Notes under the pieces: generated by a model
Database searches by the model: none
What the model saw: only the letters and a program-made list of their open reading frames with translations
What the model was told of the DNA's origin: nothing
Assembly: GCA_019057795.1 (NCBI GenBank)
Contig: JAHLWS010000075.1
Coordinates: 44,498-108,497 of the forward strand
DNA length: 64,000 nucleotides
Direction of reading: 5' to 3'
Source: Promethearchaeota archaeon
GTDB lineage: Archaea; Asgardarchaeota; Lokiarchaeia; Sigyniarchaeales; SOKP01
Translations under genes and position numbers: made by a program
In this document: positions 29,389-39,007 of the stretch, piece by piece
Position numbering within the stretch: the stretch's first letter is position 1
Layout: every line of letters begins with the position of its first letter

Positions 29389-30633
29389 CTAAAGGTTTAA
29401 TTTACGTTTTTTTTCAAATAATTGTTTCAATTCATTTAAAACGGTTGATCTTGAATCTCCTGGGCTTTCTGACGCCAAATTAGGGTTGGCAATTCCAATT
29501 GGAATTCCGCTTTGAGCCATTTGAAACGCTCCGCTTTCAATTGCGCGTAATCTGTTATCTAATTCAGCTAATTGTTTGGAAAGGCTTTCAGATAAGCGAA
29601 TAACCGCGTTCATAGTTTCTTCTAAAGTTTTTCCTAGACCTTCAACCTTTTTTAAAGTTGGGTTTGTTAACGAGTCTGTCGATTTCATTACTTCTTTGAT
29701 GTATTTAGAAAACTTAGGTTCGGTAGAGATTAATGAAAAGATGGAAGTTAAATAAGCTTCATAATCGAATCCGTACTGAGTTAATAACTGATTAAGGTTT
29801 TCTTTTAGAAGTTCGATCTTAAGTAATGTCTCGGGGTCGTGTTTTAAATCCGGGTCGCATTTGTGTATGTATATTAAAGTAAAAGGTTCTTCTTCTATAA
29901 GGGCTAAAATTTTAAGAATTTGTTCAAAATACTCAAAAGATTCTATGAACCTATTAGAGTCTTGGACGTCAATAACATAGATCAATAAATCAAGATTTAA
30001 AAAATATTGTTCTGGATTTTTTAAATATTGTTCTCGATATTTTATTTGACCCCCCATATCCCAGACATAAAGATCCACATCAGAATTTTCGGTTTTAAAA
30101 TAACGACGATCTACACCTTTAGTTGGCTTTAAGTTAGCTAAATCGTTAATACCTAACCGACCTCCAAACTTGTTCAAAATCGCCGTCTTTCCTGCATTGT
30201 CTAACCCAATTATTATTACTTTCTGCGCTGCTTTTTCGAAACTATATTCTTCATCTACGACGCTGGTAATTATAGAACCAATAACAATTGCTTTTTTTAA
30301 GCTATCTTCAAGTTCGGGGTATTTCTCTTTAAGTACCACGATTTTTTCATTTAATTCGTCTTGGATTTCAGCGGCTTTAATAGGGTCTTTTGTTGAACCA
30401 ATAATATTTAAACTTTCAAAGGGATTTTCCTTGTCTAATTTGGAAGCTTCTTCGATATTAGATATATCTAAAATATCTTTTAGAACCTTAGCTTCGCTTT
30501 TTGTAAGAAATTTATAAGAGTATATTGGTAATTTTTTTATTTCTTCAATGGTTTTGAGTTTACCAATTTTAACTACTTTTGAGTCTAGAAATTTCGAGAA
30601 GATATTTAATACTTTTGAGATATCGGACGACAT
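29389..30633 (-). CDS. Arf/Rag-like small GTPase with N-terminal extension and C-terminal coiled coil
   Basis: GLDNAGKT, KPTKG, WDMGGQ, IHKCD, LTSI. Confidence 0.88.
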   Translation of the reverse strand: MSSDISKVLNIFSKFLDSKVVKIGKLKTIEEIKKLPIYSYKFLTKSEAKVLKDILDISNIEEASKLDKENPFESLNIIGSTKDPIKAAEIQDELNEKIVVLKEKYPELEDSLKKAIVIGSIITSVVDEEYSFEKAAQKVIIIGLDNAGKTAILNKFGGRLGINDLANLKPTKGVDRRYFKTENSDVDLYVWDMGGQIKYREQYLKNPEQYFLNLDLLIYVIDVQDSNRFIESFEYFEQILKILALIEEEPFTLIYIHKCDPDLKHDPETLLKIELLKENLNQLLTQYGFDYEAYLTSIFSLISTEPKFSKYIKEVMKSTDSLTNPTLKKVEGLGKTLEETMNAVIRLSESLSKQLAELDNRLRAIESGAFQMAQSGIPIGIANPNLASESPGDSRSTVLNELKQLFEKKRKLNL

Positions 30634-30827
30634 TTCGCTAATAATTTGTATTAATTTGTAATTATTTATTAAACTTTGATGTAATATAATTATTAATTTT
30701 TAAACTTATAAGATAAAAGTTAAATAGACTAAATTAAATTAGATCAAGATTTAAATATATAGTTTATTTTAAATACTATACTGAAATTGAATGATCCAAA
30801 TATTTGCATTTAATTTAAACGGATGAT

Positions 30828-31757
30828 ATGCCACCAAAATTTAAAGAAAGAGGAAATTTTGACAAGATGGAAGAAGAGTTTTGCTGCGACTCTCCAAAAA
30901 TCAGTGAGGAACTTGGGTTCTATGTCTGTTTGAATTGTGGTTTGGTGTATGATAGAATTCTTGACGATTCACCTCGAAGAGCTTTCACGCAAGAAGAAAT
31001 CCAAAAAAGGAAGAGTAACGAAAGAGTTTATAGTCCTATAGGCCCACGAACGATTATAAGGGGTAGTAGAGACGCACGGGGGATTTTGTTAAGCCCAAAA
31101 TACAAATCTAAATTCAATAGACTGGCAAAAATTCATAGATCCTTAACTACTAGCTACGAGAGAAATTTATGGATTGCGTTACCTAACTTACAAAGGTTAC
31201 AAAAAAGATTAGGTATTTCAGATACCATAGCTGAGGATGCGCTAAGAATTTATACACAAACCGTAAAGAAAAAGTTAACAATGGGGAGAAGTATAGATAC
31301 TCTACTCGCTGCTTCAATATTTTGCGCATTAAGAGTGCATGGCATCCCTAGAACTGTGGAAGAAATTACAAAAGTCGCACAAATACCGAAAAAGAAAGTG
31401 ATTAAGAGCTATAGATTAATATTAATGGAAATTTTACCAAAATTAAATCTGAAGGTGCAACATTTTACCCCTGATAGATATGTGGATAGATTTAACTCCG
31501 AATTGAAGCTATCTATGCAATGTAGGAATATAGCTGTCAAAATTATAGAAACTGCCACTGAAAACGGTTTTAATTCTGCGGGAAAAGACCCAAAAGGGAT
31601 AGCCGCTGCGGCTCTTTATATTGGATCTAGGAGTTGTAATGAAAACCGCACTCAGAAAGAAATTAGCAAGTTAGCGAGGGTCACAGAAGTTACATTGAGG
31701 ATGCGCGTAAAAGATCTCATGAAATTTGCAAGAAGTACAATAACTAGTAGTTTTTAA
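30828..31757 (+). CDS. tfb: Transcription initiation factor IIB (TFB)
   Basis: Zn ribbon (CC...VCLNCG), ERNL, GRSI....AA, PRT..EI, GKDPKGIAAAALY, TQKEI...A.VTEVTLR. Confidence 0.95.
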   Translation: MPPKFKERGNFDKMEEEFCCDSPKISEELGFYVCLNCGLVYDRILDDSPRRAFTQEEIQKRKSNERVYSPIGPRTIIRGSRDARGILLSPKYKSKFNRLAKIHRSLTTSYERNLWIALPNLQRLQKRLGISDTIAEDALRIYTQTVKKKLTMGRSIDTLLAASIFCALRVHGIPRTVEEITKVAQIPKKKVIKSYRLILMEILPKLNLKVQHFTPDRYVDRFNSELKLSMQCRNIAVKIIETATENGFNSAGKDPKGIAAAALYIGSRSCNENRTQKEISKLARVTEVTLRMRVKDLMKFARSTITSSF

Positions 31758-34700
31758 ATTTCAATTAACTGTTTTTCTTCTTCAAATAGTGGTAATAATT
31801 CTAACATTTCTCTTATATTTGGAAAATATTTATCTAGATTATGCGAAATCACATCTAGGTAAATCTCTATGAGAGTAATATGAAATGTATCTTCTACTAA
31901 TTGCTTACTTAAACCTAATGAGTCAAGAAAGCCTTTAACTTTTGTTTTTATTTCCTTAATCGGCTCGTTTGCTTTTAGAAGGGACAATCCCTGTAAAAGA
32001 ATTAATAGCGAACTGGTTCTAAGGTCTTTTCTTTTTGACATTGTTTTTGCTAATTCGAGATATTGCAGACCCGCCTTTTTAAATGAGTTACTTTCGAGAG
32101 ATATAATTACATCTTTGTAATATCTCTTTTTCATTACGCTACGTTTCTTTAAAAATTCTTTTTGTTCTCTCCTAGTGTCTCCCATTTTTTGCAGCAATTT
32201 ACCCATTCTTTGATCCATTTCTATATTAAGTAGTTTTTTTTCGCCTACTTCTTTCCGCGTTAATTTTACCTCTTTTACTCCTCGTTCTTCTTTTTCGGGT
32301 CGAAGAGATTCAAGTAATAAGATCTCAGAGTCAAAAAGAGTTAATTTATCTATTAAAAGGTCTAAACATAAATCTATTAGTTCTAAAATGTTATTATCTA
32401 ACGCTGAAAGAAGCTCTTTTGTGATTTGTATCTCCGGCATATCTTCAAGGTCGTATTCTTTATGTTTCACTAGTTTATCATTTAAATAGGCTTTAGCTAA
32501 TGACGCGCCCTTTGTTTTTACCATTAAAATCGTGCTTAATATCAAACTTATTGAAGCTTGCTTATAAAAACTTTTTTCCAGCAATTTCGGAATTGTATCA
32601 CTATATTCATTTAGGGCTACTTGAAATTTTTTGTTTGAAAGATCCTCTAAAGCTAATTTCCAATATTGATCTCTCATTAGCTTTCTTCTTGCAACATCTT
32701 TCCTTTCTTTCCTTATAATTTTAGCTAACTCGTTAATTTTCTCTTTTACTTTCTCCATTTCAATAATTTGTTTTTTTAAATCTTCATGTTCACTAATCAT
32801 TTTATGTGACTTGCCTAAGCTATCAGAAATTAGGAGGATTTCTTCTTCAAATAACGGTAAATTTTCCATAAACTGTATTGATTCATTCAACACAACAGAA
32901 TCGCTTAATTTCTCGATATCTATAAGGTATTCAACCAAAGATACTGGAAAAGTTTCAGTAAATGATTTTTCTAAACTCGATAAACTAGTTTTTGTGCGTA
33001 TTAGTATTTTGTTAATATCTTCAATTTTATTTTGTTTGATAAGCAATAAAAAAAGTACTGCTAAAGAAACGCCAGCTAGATTAAATTTTTTTATTCTAAT
33101 TAAATGATCTATGCTTTCTTTATATTTCTCTATGGCATTATCTAAATCTTGCATATTCAAATACTCTAACGCGTCAATATAATAGGCTCTTTTAAAGGCT
33201 TTTCTCTGCCTGAATTCCCTTTCCTTGTCATGGAGCGCCTCTCTTGCTTTGCTCTGAATTATCGAGAGTCTTTCTTTTAAAACCTCCCCTTCAAAAGATT
33301 CTTCGGCTTTCTTAACAATGATGGCGCTTTTTTGAGCCTCGAGATTTTCGATTTTCTTATTAAGTTCAGCTTTAAGCCATTTATCGTCGATTTTATCGTT
33401 AATAGCATGAGCAGAAGATAAATCGCCTAATGTTATATATATTTCTGTAATCCTCTTATAAATATTATTGAAGCTCAATTCCGGTTTTTCAATATATGCT
33501 AACGAAATATCTTTAGCTTTTTTAATTAAATTCAGTGAAGCTTCGATGGCAAATTTATCTTCACCACTTTTGATAATTTTTAGTCCTTCGGCTTTTATTG
33601 ATTCTATAAAGATTTTACTAATTTCCTTAGATTGCTCGTATAACATTTGTTCTCTAATAATTGAGATAAAAAGTTCAAAGATTTTCTCGTTTTCTTCGTA
33701 ATCTCGTTCCTCTACAATCTCATTTAACTTTTCTATGATAATAGCAAGTTTATTCTTTAAATATTCCTTTTTTGTTTTCTTTGATAATTCGCGATAGACT
33801 TTAAAAAATTGATCAAAAATTTTACCGATTAAGAGGATATCTAAGTTTTTTTTTAACATTTGATTTTGAATATCTTTCCTAGCAATTCGTTTGAAAAAAT
33901 CTGCTTGGGTTTTCACCAGATTAGCGGCTTTTGGATAATCATTATTTTCAATTAATAAATTAGTTTCTTGAATTATTAGGGTGTTAATTTCTGTAAAAAT
34001 TTCTAACTCCTTTTCTATGAAACCGTTTAGAATTTCCACACCTTTCTCAATATTTTCTTCTATTTTCTTCTTTATTAATTCCTTATTTTCATCTTCAACT
34101 TTAGAGCTTAATTTCGTTAATTTTTTCTTTACCGATAAGGAATTTAACTTATTAATTAAAATTGTAGCGTTGCCAAAATCAAGATTGTCTAAAAATAATT
34201 TAATTAAATTTTCTAATTGAGCGTCTACATTTGATTTTTTAACGTTATAAGTTTCCCAAAGATTTTCGATCTCATCATAAGATTGCTTTGCAAAAAACCT
34301 CTTTTCTTCCTTAAGCTGTTGTTTTAATAATGTTATTAAGACTTCAGTTAACTTAGAAGTAAATTTTTCTAATTCGTCAAATAGGCCTTCTTGTTGATAT
34401 TCGGAGACTGCATTATATAATTGATTGCGGACAGCGAAATATTTATTTTCTTTAATTAAATAATCTGCCATTGCAATAATTTTTTGAGGAATTTCACTTA
34501 GGATAAGAAGAGCTTTTTCGTGGGGGAGACTATTTATAATGTTGAACGCATTTTCAACTTTACAAGCAGAAATCCAAGAAGTAATTGCTAAAATAAATGA
34601 TTCGTCCCGCAAATCGTTATCTTTGAGTTCTATTGACGACCATTGAGCCGCTGCCAAGTACTGCCTTGCCGCAAGATCGTATTGTCTTTTATTAAATAAT

Positions 34701-35497
34701 TTATTACCTTCTAAAACCATACTATCTGCATATAACTTCTTGAAGTTTTCCGATTTTCTTTTATCTACATTATGTAAAATTTGTGAAGCATCTAAATATA
34801 ACTTAACTTTTGAATAGAGAAAAGCTGCTTGCTCGCACATTATGTAAAATTCCTCTTTATTTAAGATATCAGCAATTATCGCAGCTTTTTTAATGGCTTG
34901 GGCAGCAAAAAAATATAATTCGGGTTTGAATTCTTTTTCTGCTTTTTTGAAAAAAATATTTGCTAGCTGGATATAAATGGGAAACCTCATCCACGCGTTT
35001 TCTATATTGAGGGGTGTATCGCCAGAGATCATTGCTACGCACAAACATTGCAAAACCTGGTAAAACTCCGCTGGAGGAAGATTAACAAATGCTTCTATGT
35101 CAAGATATTTGAACCAGAGCCTTTCTAACAATTCATTTATAGATAAAGGGAAAATTCCTTGTTGATCGTAGTACATCAAAACAATGGGGATATTTCTTTT
35201 AACAGATTTAACAATAGGTAATATAATATCGAAATACTCAAATTCTTCATTATTTAAGGGATTTAAGAAATATATGATTCCGTCCACAGTAGGAATGATT
35301 TCATCAAAATCTGCGTTAATAACATCGGTTATTGCGACTACTTCTAAATCGCAAATATCATCGAAGGCTTTTACTTCCTTATAACATTCCAAATACGCTC
35401 CTTTATTTTCACCCTCTTCTCCGAATGCTCTAAGAGCGTAAAAAGAAATAGCTTCTCCATCTAAACCCAATAAGAGAATTTTAAAGATGTAACGCAT
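31754..35497 (-). CDS. Large alpha-helical (TPR/SNAP-like) repeat protein with an N-terminal degenerate GTPase-like domain
   Basis: N-terminus YIFKILLLGLD...VDGIIYFLNP...IPIVL without GKT, followed by helical repeats of the A...Y..AA type. Confidence 0.6.
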   Translation of the reverse strand: MRYIFKILLLGLDGEAISFYALRAFGEEGENKGAYLECYKEVKAFDDICDLEVVAITDVINADFDEIIPTVDGIIYFLNPLNNEEFEYFDIILPIVKSVKRNIPIVLMYYDQQGIFPLSINELLERLWFKYLDIEAFVNLPPAEFYQVLQCLCVAMISGDTPLNIENAWMRFPIYIQLANIFFKKAEKEFKPELYFFAAQAIKKAAIIADILNKEEFYIMCEQAAFLYSKVKLYLDASQILHNVDKRKSENFKKLYADSMVLEGNKLFNKRQYDLAARQYLAAAQWSSIELKDNDLRDESFILAITSWISACKVENAFNIINSLPHEKALLILSEIPQKIIAMADYLIKENKYFAVRNQLYNAVSEYQQEGLFDELEKFTSKLTEVLITLLKQQLKEEKRFFAKQSYDEIENLWETYNVKKSNVDAQLENLIKLFLDNLDFGNATILINKLNSLSVKKKLTKLSSKVEDENKELIKKKIEENIEKGVEILNGFIEKELEIFTEINTLIIQETNLLIENNDYPKAANLVKTQADFFKRIARKDIQNQMLKKNLDILLIGKIFDQFFKVYRELSKKTKKEYLKNKLAIIIEKLNEIVEERDYEENEKIFELFISIIREQMLYEQSKEISKIFIESIKAEGLKIIKSGEDKFAIEASLNLIKKAKDISLAYIEKPELSFNNIYKRITEIYITLGDLSSAHAINDKIDDKWLKAELNKKIENLEAQKSAIIVKKAEESFEGEVLKERLSIIQSKAREALHDKEREFRQRKAFKRAYYIDALEYLNMQDLDNAIEKYKESIDHLIRIKKFNLAGVSLAVLFLLLIKQNKIEDINKILIRTKTSLSSLEKSFTETFPVSLVEYLIDIEKLSDSVVLNESIQFMENLPLFEEEILLISDSLGKSHKMISEHEDLKKQIIEMEKVKEKINELAKIIRKERKDVARRKLMRDQYWKLALEDLSNKKFQVALNEYSDTIPKLLEKSFYKQASISLILSTILMVKTKGASLAKAYLNDKLVKHKEYDLEDMPEIQITKELLSALDNNILELIDLCLDLLIDKLTLFDSEILLLESLRPEKEERGVKEVKLTRKEVGEKKLLNIEMDQRMGKLLQKMGDTRREQKEFLKKRSVMKKRYYKDVIISLESNSFKKAGLQYLELAKTMSKRKDLRTSSLLILLQGLSLLKANEPIKEIKTKVKGFLDSLGLSKQLVEDTFHITLIEIYLDVISHNLDKYFPNIREMLELLPLFEEEKQLIEI

Positions 35498-35698
35498 GGG
35501 ATTAATCTAAAGATGTTATTTTATAATTAAAAACTAATATAATTATAAATGTTTTTACTTATTATATTCTTACTTTTTTCAAATCAAACTTTTAAGACTA
35601 TTAAAATTATAAAAAAGTTAAAAAATTTTGAACTTTTTCTTTATTTAATATAGTTTCAATTGAACAATTATACCATTTTTTTTACATGGGGATATTTC

Positions 35699-36358
35699 TT
35701 GGATTATTTAGAACGGAATTATGGCATTGTGAAAGAGCGAATGATTTATCAAATGGAAAATTCGCTCGCTTTAGGAAGAAAGCTAATTGATAGTGAATTA
35801 GATACGGGAATTTTGAATTTTATTGTACGACCGATCGTCAAAGCGTTTTACGATTATTGGGCACAACACGACGCGAGAAAGGGTACATTAAAACAAATAA
35901 ATATCACACTAGAGGCGGTAAAGAAATTATTATTGAACAGTAATTCTGAAGAAAGTTTTAATAAAATTGTCGAAGAAAATTTTCCTAATTTTTTAAAATA
36001 TGATCAAGTTACTTATCAATGTAGCAAACATCATAAAAACTATGAGAAGTTAAAAAATAATTCAAAAGACACCTTCATCAATTATCTAAAAGAAGTTAAA
36101 ACTTTTTTGGAAGTTAAAGAGGATGTAAAAGATTATGGAGACCTCTGTAGAGCTGCATTTAAAACAAAAGAAGTAGCAAGTAGTAATTTAATGAAGCAAT
36201 TAGACCTTACTGAAAATGGAATTAAAATTATTGAAGACGATCCATCTATTCTTTCGGCACCAGCTGGTAAAAAAATCATTATTAAAGCGCTAAGAAAAGG
36301 GTTTGAATTAACAAAGAATGAATTTATTGAAGGTATAGCCGATACTTACATCGAATGA
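35699..36358 (+). CDS. Hypothetical protein, paralog of the next gene
   Basis: Aligns end to end with 36393..37070. The TTG at 35699 gives a matching N-terminus (MDYLERNY vs MNYIQRNY). Confidence 0.8.
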   Translation: MDYLERNYGIVKERMIYQMENSLALGRKLIDSELDTGILNFIVRPIVKAFYDYWAQHDARKGTLKQINITLEAVKKLLLNSNSEESFNKIVEENFPNFLKYDQVTYQCSKHHKNYEKLKNNSKDTFINYLKEVKTFLEVKEDVKDYGDLCRAAFKTKEVASSNLMKQLDLTENGIKIIEDDPSILSAPAGKKIIIKALRKGFELTKNEFIEGIADTYIE

Positions 36359-36392
36359 TAATTAAAGTATTAACATCGTTGGAGATTTAATC

Positions 36393-37070
36393 ATGAATTA
36401 TATCCAAAGGAATTATAATATAATAGAACAAAGAATGGTAGCACAAACTGACACAAGTCTTAATATTGGAAGAGATTTAATTGATTCAGAATTAAACATG
36501 GGATTATTGAATTTTATAATAAAACCTATTGTAAAATCTTTTTATAAGTATTGGAGCGATAATGAAGCCCGCGTAGGCACATTGAAACAGATAAAAATCA
36601 CGCTAGATTCTGCCAAATTACTTGTAGAAAATGGAAACATCTCCAAAGAAAAATTTGACGATGTTATTAATAGAAATTTTCCAAGCTACTTAAAAAACGA
36701 TCAGACTGATAGGCAGTGTAAAAAAAATCATAAAAACTATCAAAAATTAAAAGACATTACAAAAAAATTATTTATTTCGCAATTAGAGGAGTGTATATTA
36801 TTTTTGGGTATAAGAGACCCAAATGTTAATAATTACAGCGAATTATCGATAGCTACTTTTAAAACTAAAGAAATAGCGCTTCAAGCTCTAATGCGTCAAC
36901 TAGATTATAACGAGGAAGGTATTGCTGTCGTAGAACAAGACGAGAATATCATAGATGTTCCCGCAGGAAGGAGTATTATTGTAAATGTACTACGCAAGGG
37001 CTTTGAAGCTACAAAAAAAAAATTAATTGAGGAACTAGATCTTATTTTTTATAAAAAATTGCCTATATAA
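36393..37070 (+). CDS. Hypothetical protein, paralog of the preceding gene
   Basis: Shared LIDSEL..G.LNFI..PIVK.FY.YW...AR.GTLKQI.ITL, QC.K.HKNY, PAG..II...LRKGFE. Confidence 0.85.
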   Translation: MNYIQRNYNIIEQRMVAQTDTSLNIGRDLIDSELNMGLLNFIIKPIVKSFYKYWSDNEARVGTLKQIKITLDSAKLLVENGNISKEKFDDVINRNFPSYLKNDQTDRQCKKNHKNYQKLKDITKKLFISQLEECILFLGIRDPNVNNYSELSIATFKTKEIALQALMRQLDYNEEGIAVVEQDENIIDVPAGRSIIVNVLRKGFEATKKKLIEELDLIFYKKLPI

Positions 37071-37107
37071 TTTATTTTACATTTATTAGTATTAAAGTGC
37101 GATTAGG

Positions 37108-38181
37108 ATGAGCGTTGATCCCGCTAACAAGGCGCCAAAATTTTGCTTAAGATCGATATTTATGAACATTCTCATAACAGTTTTTATTATTATGAGTTAT
37201 ATATATATCTCGGAAATTTATGGTTCAATTTCCACACCCTATATTGGAATTAATGAGTTTTCAATAATTTTTGGGTTGCTGTTATTAATTTTTACATTTT
37301 TTTCGATAATAGCTGGTCCAATTCAGGCGTTTATAGCGGGATTTTTAGGTGAACTCCTATACCAATTCGCGTTTTATAATGATATTTACTTAGATTGGTG
37401 TCTTGTTGTGGCTATTTATGGTTTAATAGCTGGTTTATATAAATATAAGCCGTTGAAATATCATAAAGGTATGGCTGTTTATTACACTTTTTTGTTATTA
37501 GTAATCAATTCTTTTCTTGTGATGTTTTTAATTATCGTATTCCAACTTTCATTATATTCCAGTCCTTTAGAATTGGAAACTATTATTATTAATTTTGGGT
37601 TTAAATTTTTCTTGCAAACGCTTATTTCAACCATTTTTTTAATACCTATTCTTTTAATTATTTACGACAAAATTTTAGCTTCAAAGGAAAGACACCTATA
37701 TTATTTACTCTTAACACATCACCCCGTTGAAGCAAGCGACCATACATTTTTTTTTCAATTTGGAAGGACAAAAATATATTTATGTTCAAGATGCTCAGGA
37801 ATGATAATAGGAATAGTTATGTCTGTTTTTTTTACGCACTTAACTGAATTGATAATTAACGCTCAATTTAGCGCAGAGATTGCTTTGCTTATAATTATCG
37901 TCTTTCCAATACCTGGAATGATAGATTGGGGGACTCAGAAGCTCTTATTTAGGAAAAGCACTACGGAATCTCGGTTGCTTACGGGGTTTATTATCGGAGT
38001 TGCACTACATTTCATGTCGTTTACAAAAACGTATTATTTCTTGACACTAATTATTGTAACGATTTATTTTGTTATACTTTTCCTTTTAATTTTTTTTGGT
38101 CAGAAAAAGCTATTTAGAGAATTAAAAAAAGAATTAAACCCATTATCGCCAGAAGACCTCGATAATGATCAGGATAAATGA
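37108..38181 (+). CDS. Membrane protein with an ECF S-component-like N-terminus and a DUF2085-like C-terminus
   Basis: GP..AFIAGFLG..L in the N-terminal half. HH....HTF...LCSRCSG, P..IDW.TQ, R.LTG...G in the C-terminal half. Confidence 0.65.
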   Translation: MSVDPANKAPKFCLRSIFMNILITVFIIMSYIYISEIYGSISTPYIGINEFSIIFGLLLLIFTFFSIIAGPIQAFIAGFLGELLYQFAFYNDIYLDWCLVVAIYGLIAGLYKYKPLKYHKGMAVYYTFLLLVINSFLVMFLIIVFQLSLYSSPLELETIIINFGFKFFLQTLISTIFLIPILLIIYDKILASKERHLYYLLLTHHPVEASDHTFFFQFGRTKIYLCSRCSGMIIGIVMSVFFTHLTELIINAQFSAEIALLIIIVFPIPGMIDWGTQKLLFRKSTTESRLLTGFIIGVALHFMSFTKTYYFLTLIIVTIYFVILFLLIFFGQKKLFRELKKELNPLSPEDLDNDQDK

Positions 38182-38190
38182 GAAAATAAA

Positions 38191-38688
38191 ATGAATTATA
38201 TTTTCATACATGGCCTTGAATCTTCGGGCAAAGGCTTTAAAGGAGTGTATTTAAAAAAATTAATTCCAGAAATTCTTACTCCTGATTTTATTGAATTTGA
38301 CCAAAAAAAATCAATTAAAGACCTTCTTGAAAAGAGAATGGCTCAGTTAAAATCAATTTTAAGAGAAAAAGACTTATGGGTATTAATAGGTTCAAGTTTT
38401 GGAGGTCTAATGGGTGCATTATATACGCTTCAAAACCCCAAAAAGGTTAGAAAATTGATATTATTAGCGCCATATCTAGAGCCATCAGTGTTGGAGTTAG
38501 AAAAATACAATCCGGTGGATGTGCCTGTTATAGCTTATCACGGTAAAAATGACAATGTAGTACAATTTAAAACTTCTCGCGAACAAGCTTACAAATTATT
38601 TACTAATATAGAATATAACTCGACCAATGACGATCATTCACTTCAAAAAACAGTAAAAGAATTAGATTGGATATATTTAATTTCATAA
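38191..38688 (+). CDS. Alpha/beta hydrolase (YqiA-like esterase)
   Basis: IHGLESS, GSSFGG, LLAP, HG.ND.VV, DDHSL. Confidence 0.88.
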   Translation: MNYIFIHGLESSGKGFKGVYLKKLIPEILTPDFIEFDQKKSIKDLLEKRMAQLKSILREKDLWVLIGSSFGGLMGALYTLQNPKKVRKLILLAPYLEPSVLELEKYNPVDVPVIAYHGKNDNVVQFKTSREQAYKLFTNIEYNSTNDDHSLQKTVKELDWIYLIS

Positions 38689-39007
38689 TTAATTTTACAA
38701 AATTATTTAGAAGAAGTGAAAATTTCAATATATTAAATAGGATTTTTTAAAAACTGGACTCCAATTTTTTTATATTCACATTCTTACTTCTATTAATTAA
38801 CTATTTATTTTTCAATTATAATTAGGTATTAACAATGTGGCTACACAGAGCGTTGGTCTGTTATGATAATCAGAAGTTCTGCGTTAATTTATCCACTTTT
38901 ACTACATTAAAAAATGTTTATTTACTAAAGATTGGAAAAATAAATTAATTATTTTCAAAAATTAATAAAATTAAATAAAATTATTAAATGTATAAGCGTG
39001 AAGTTAA

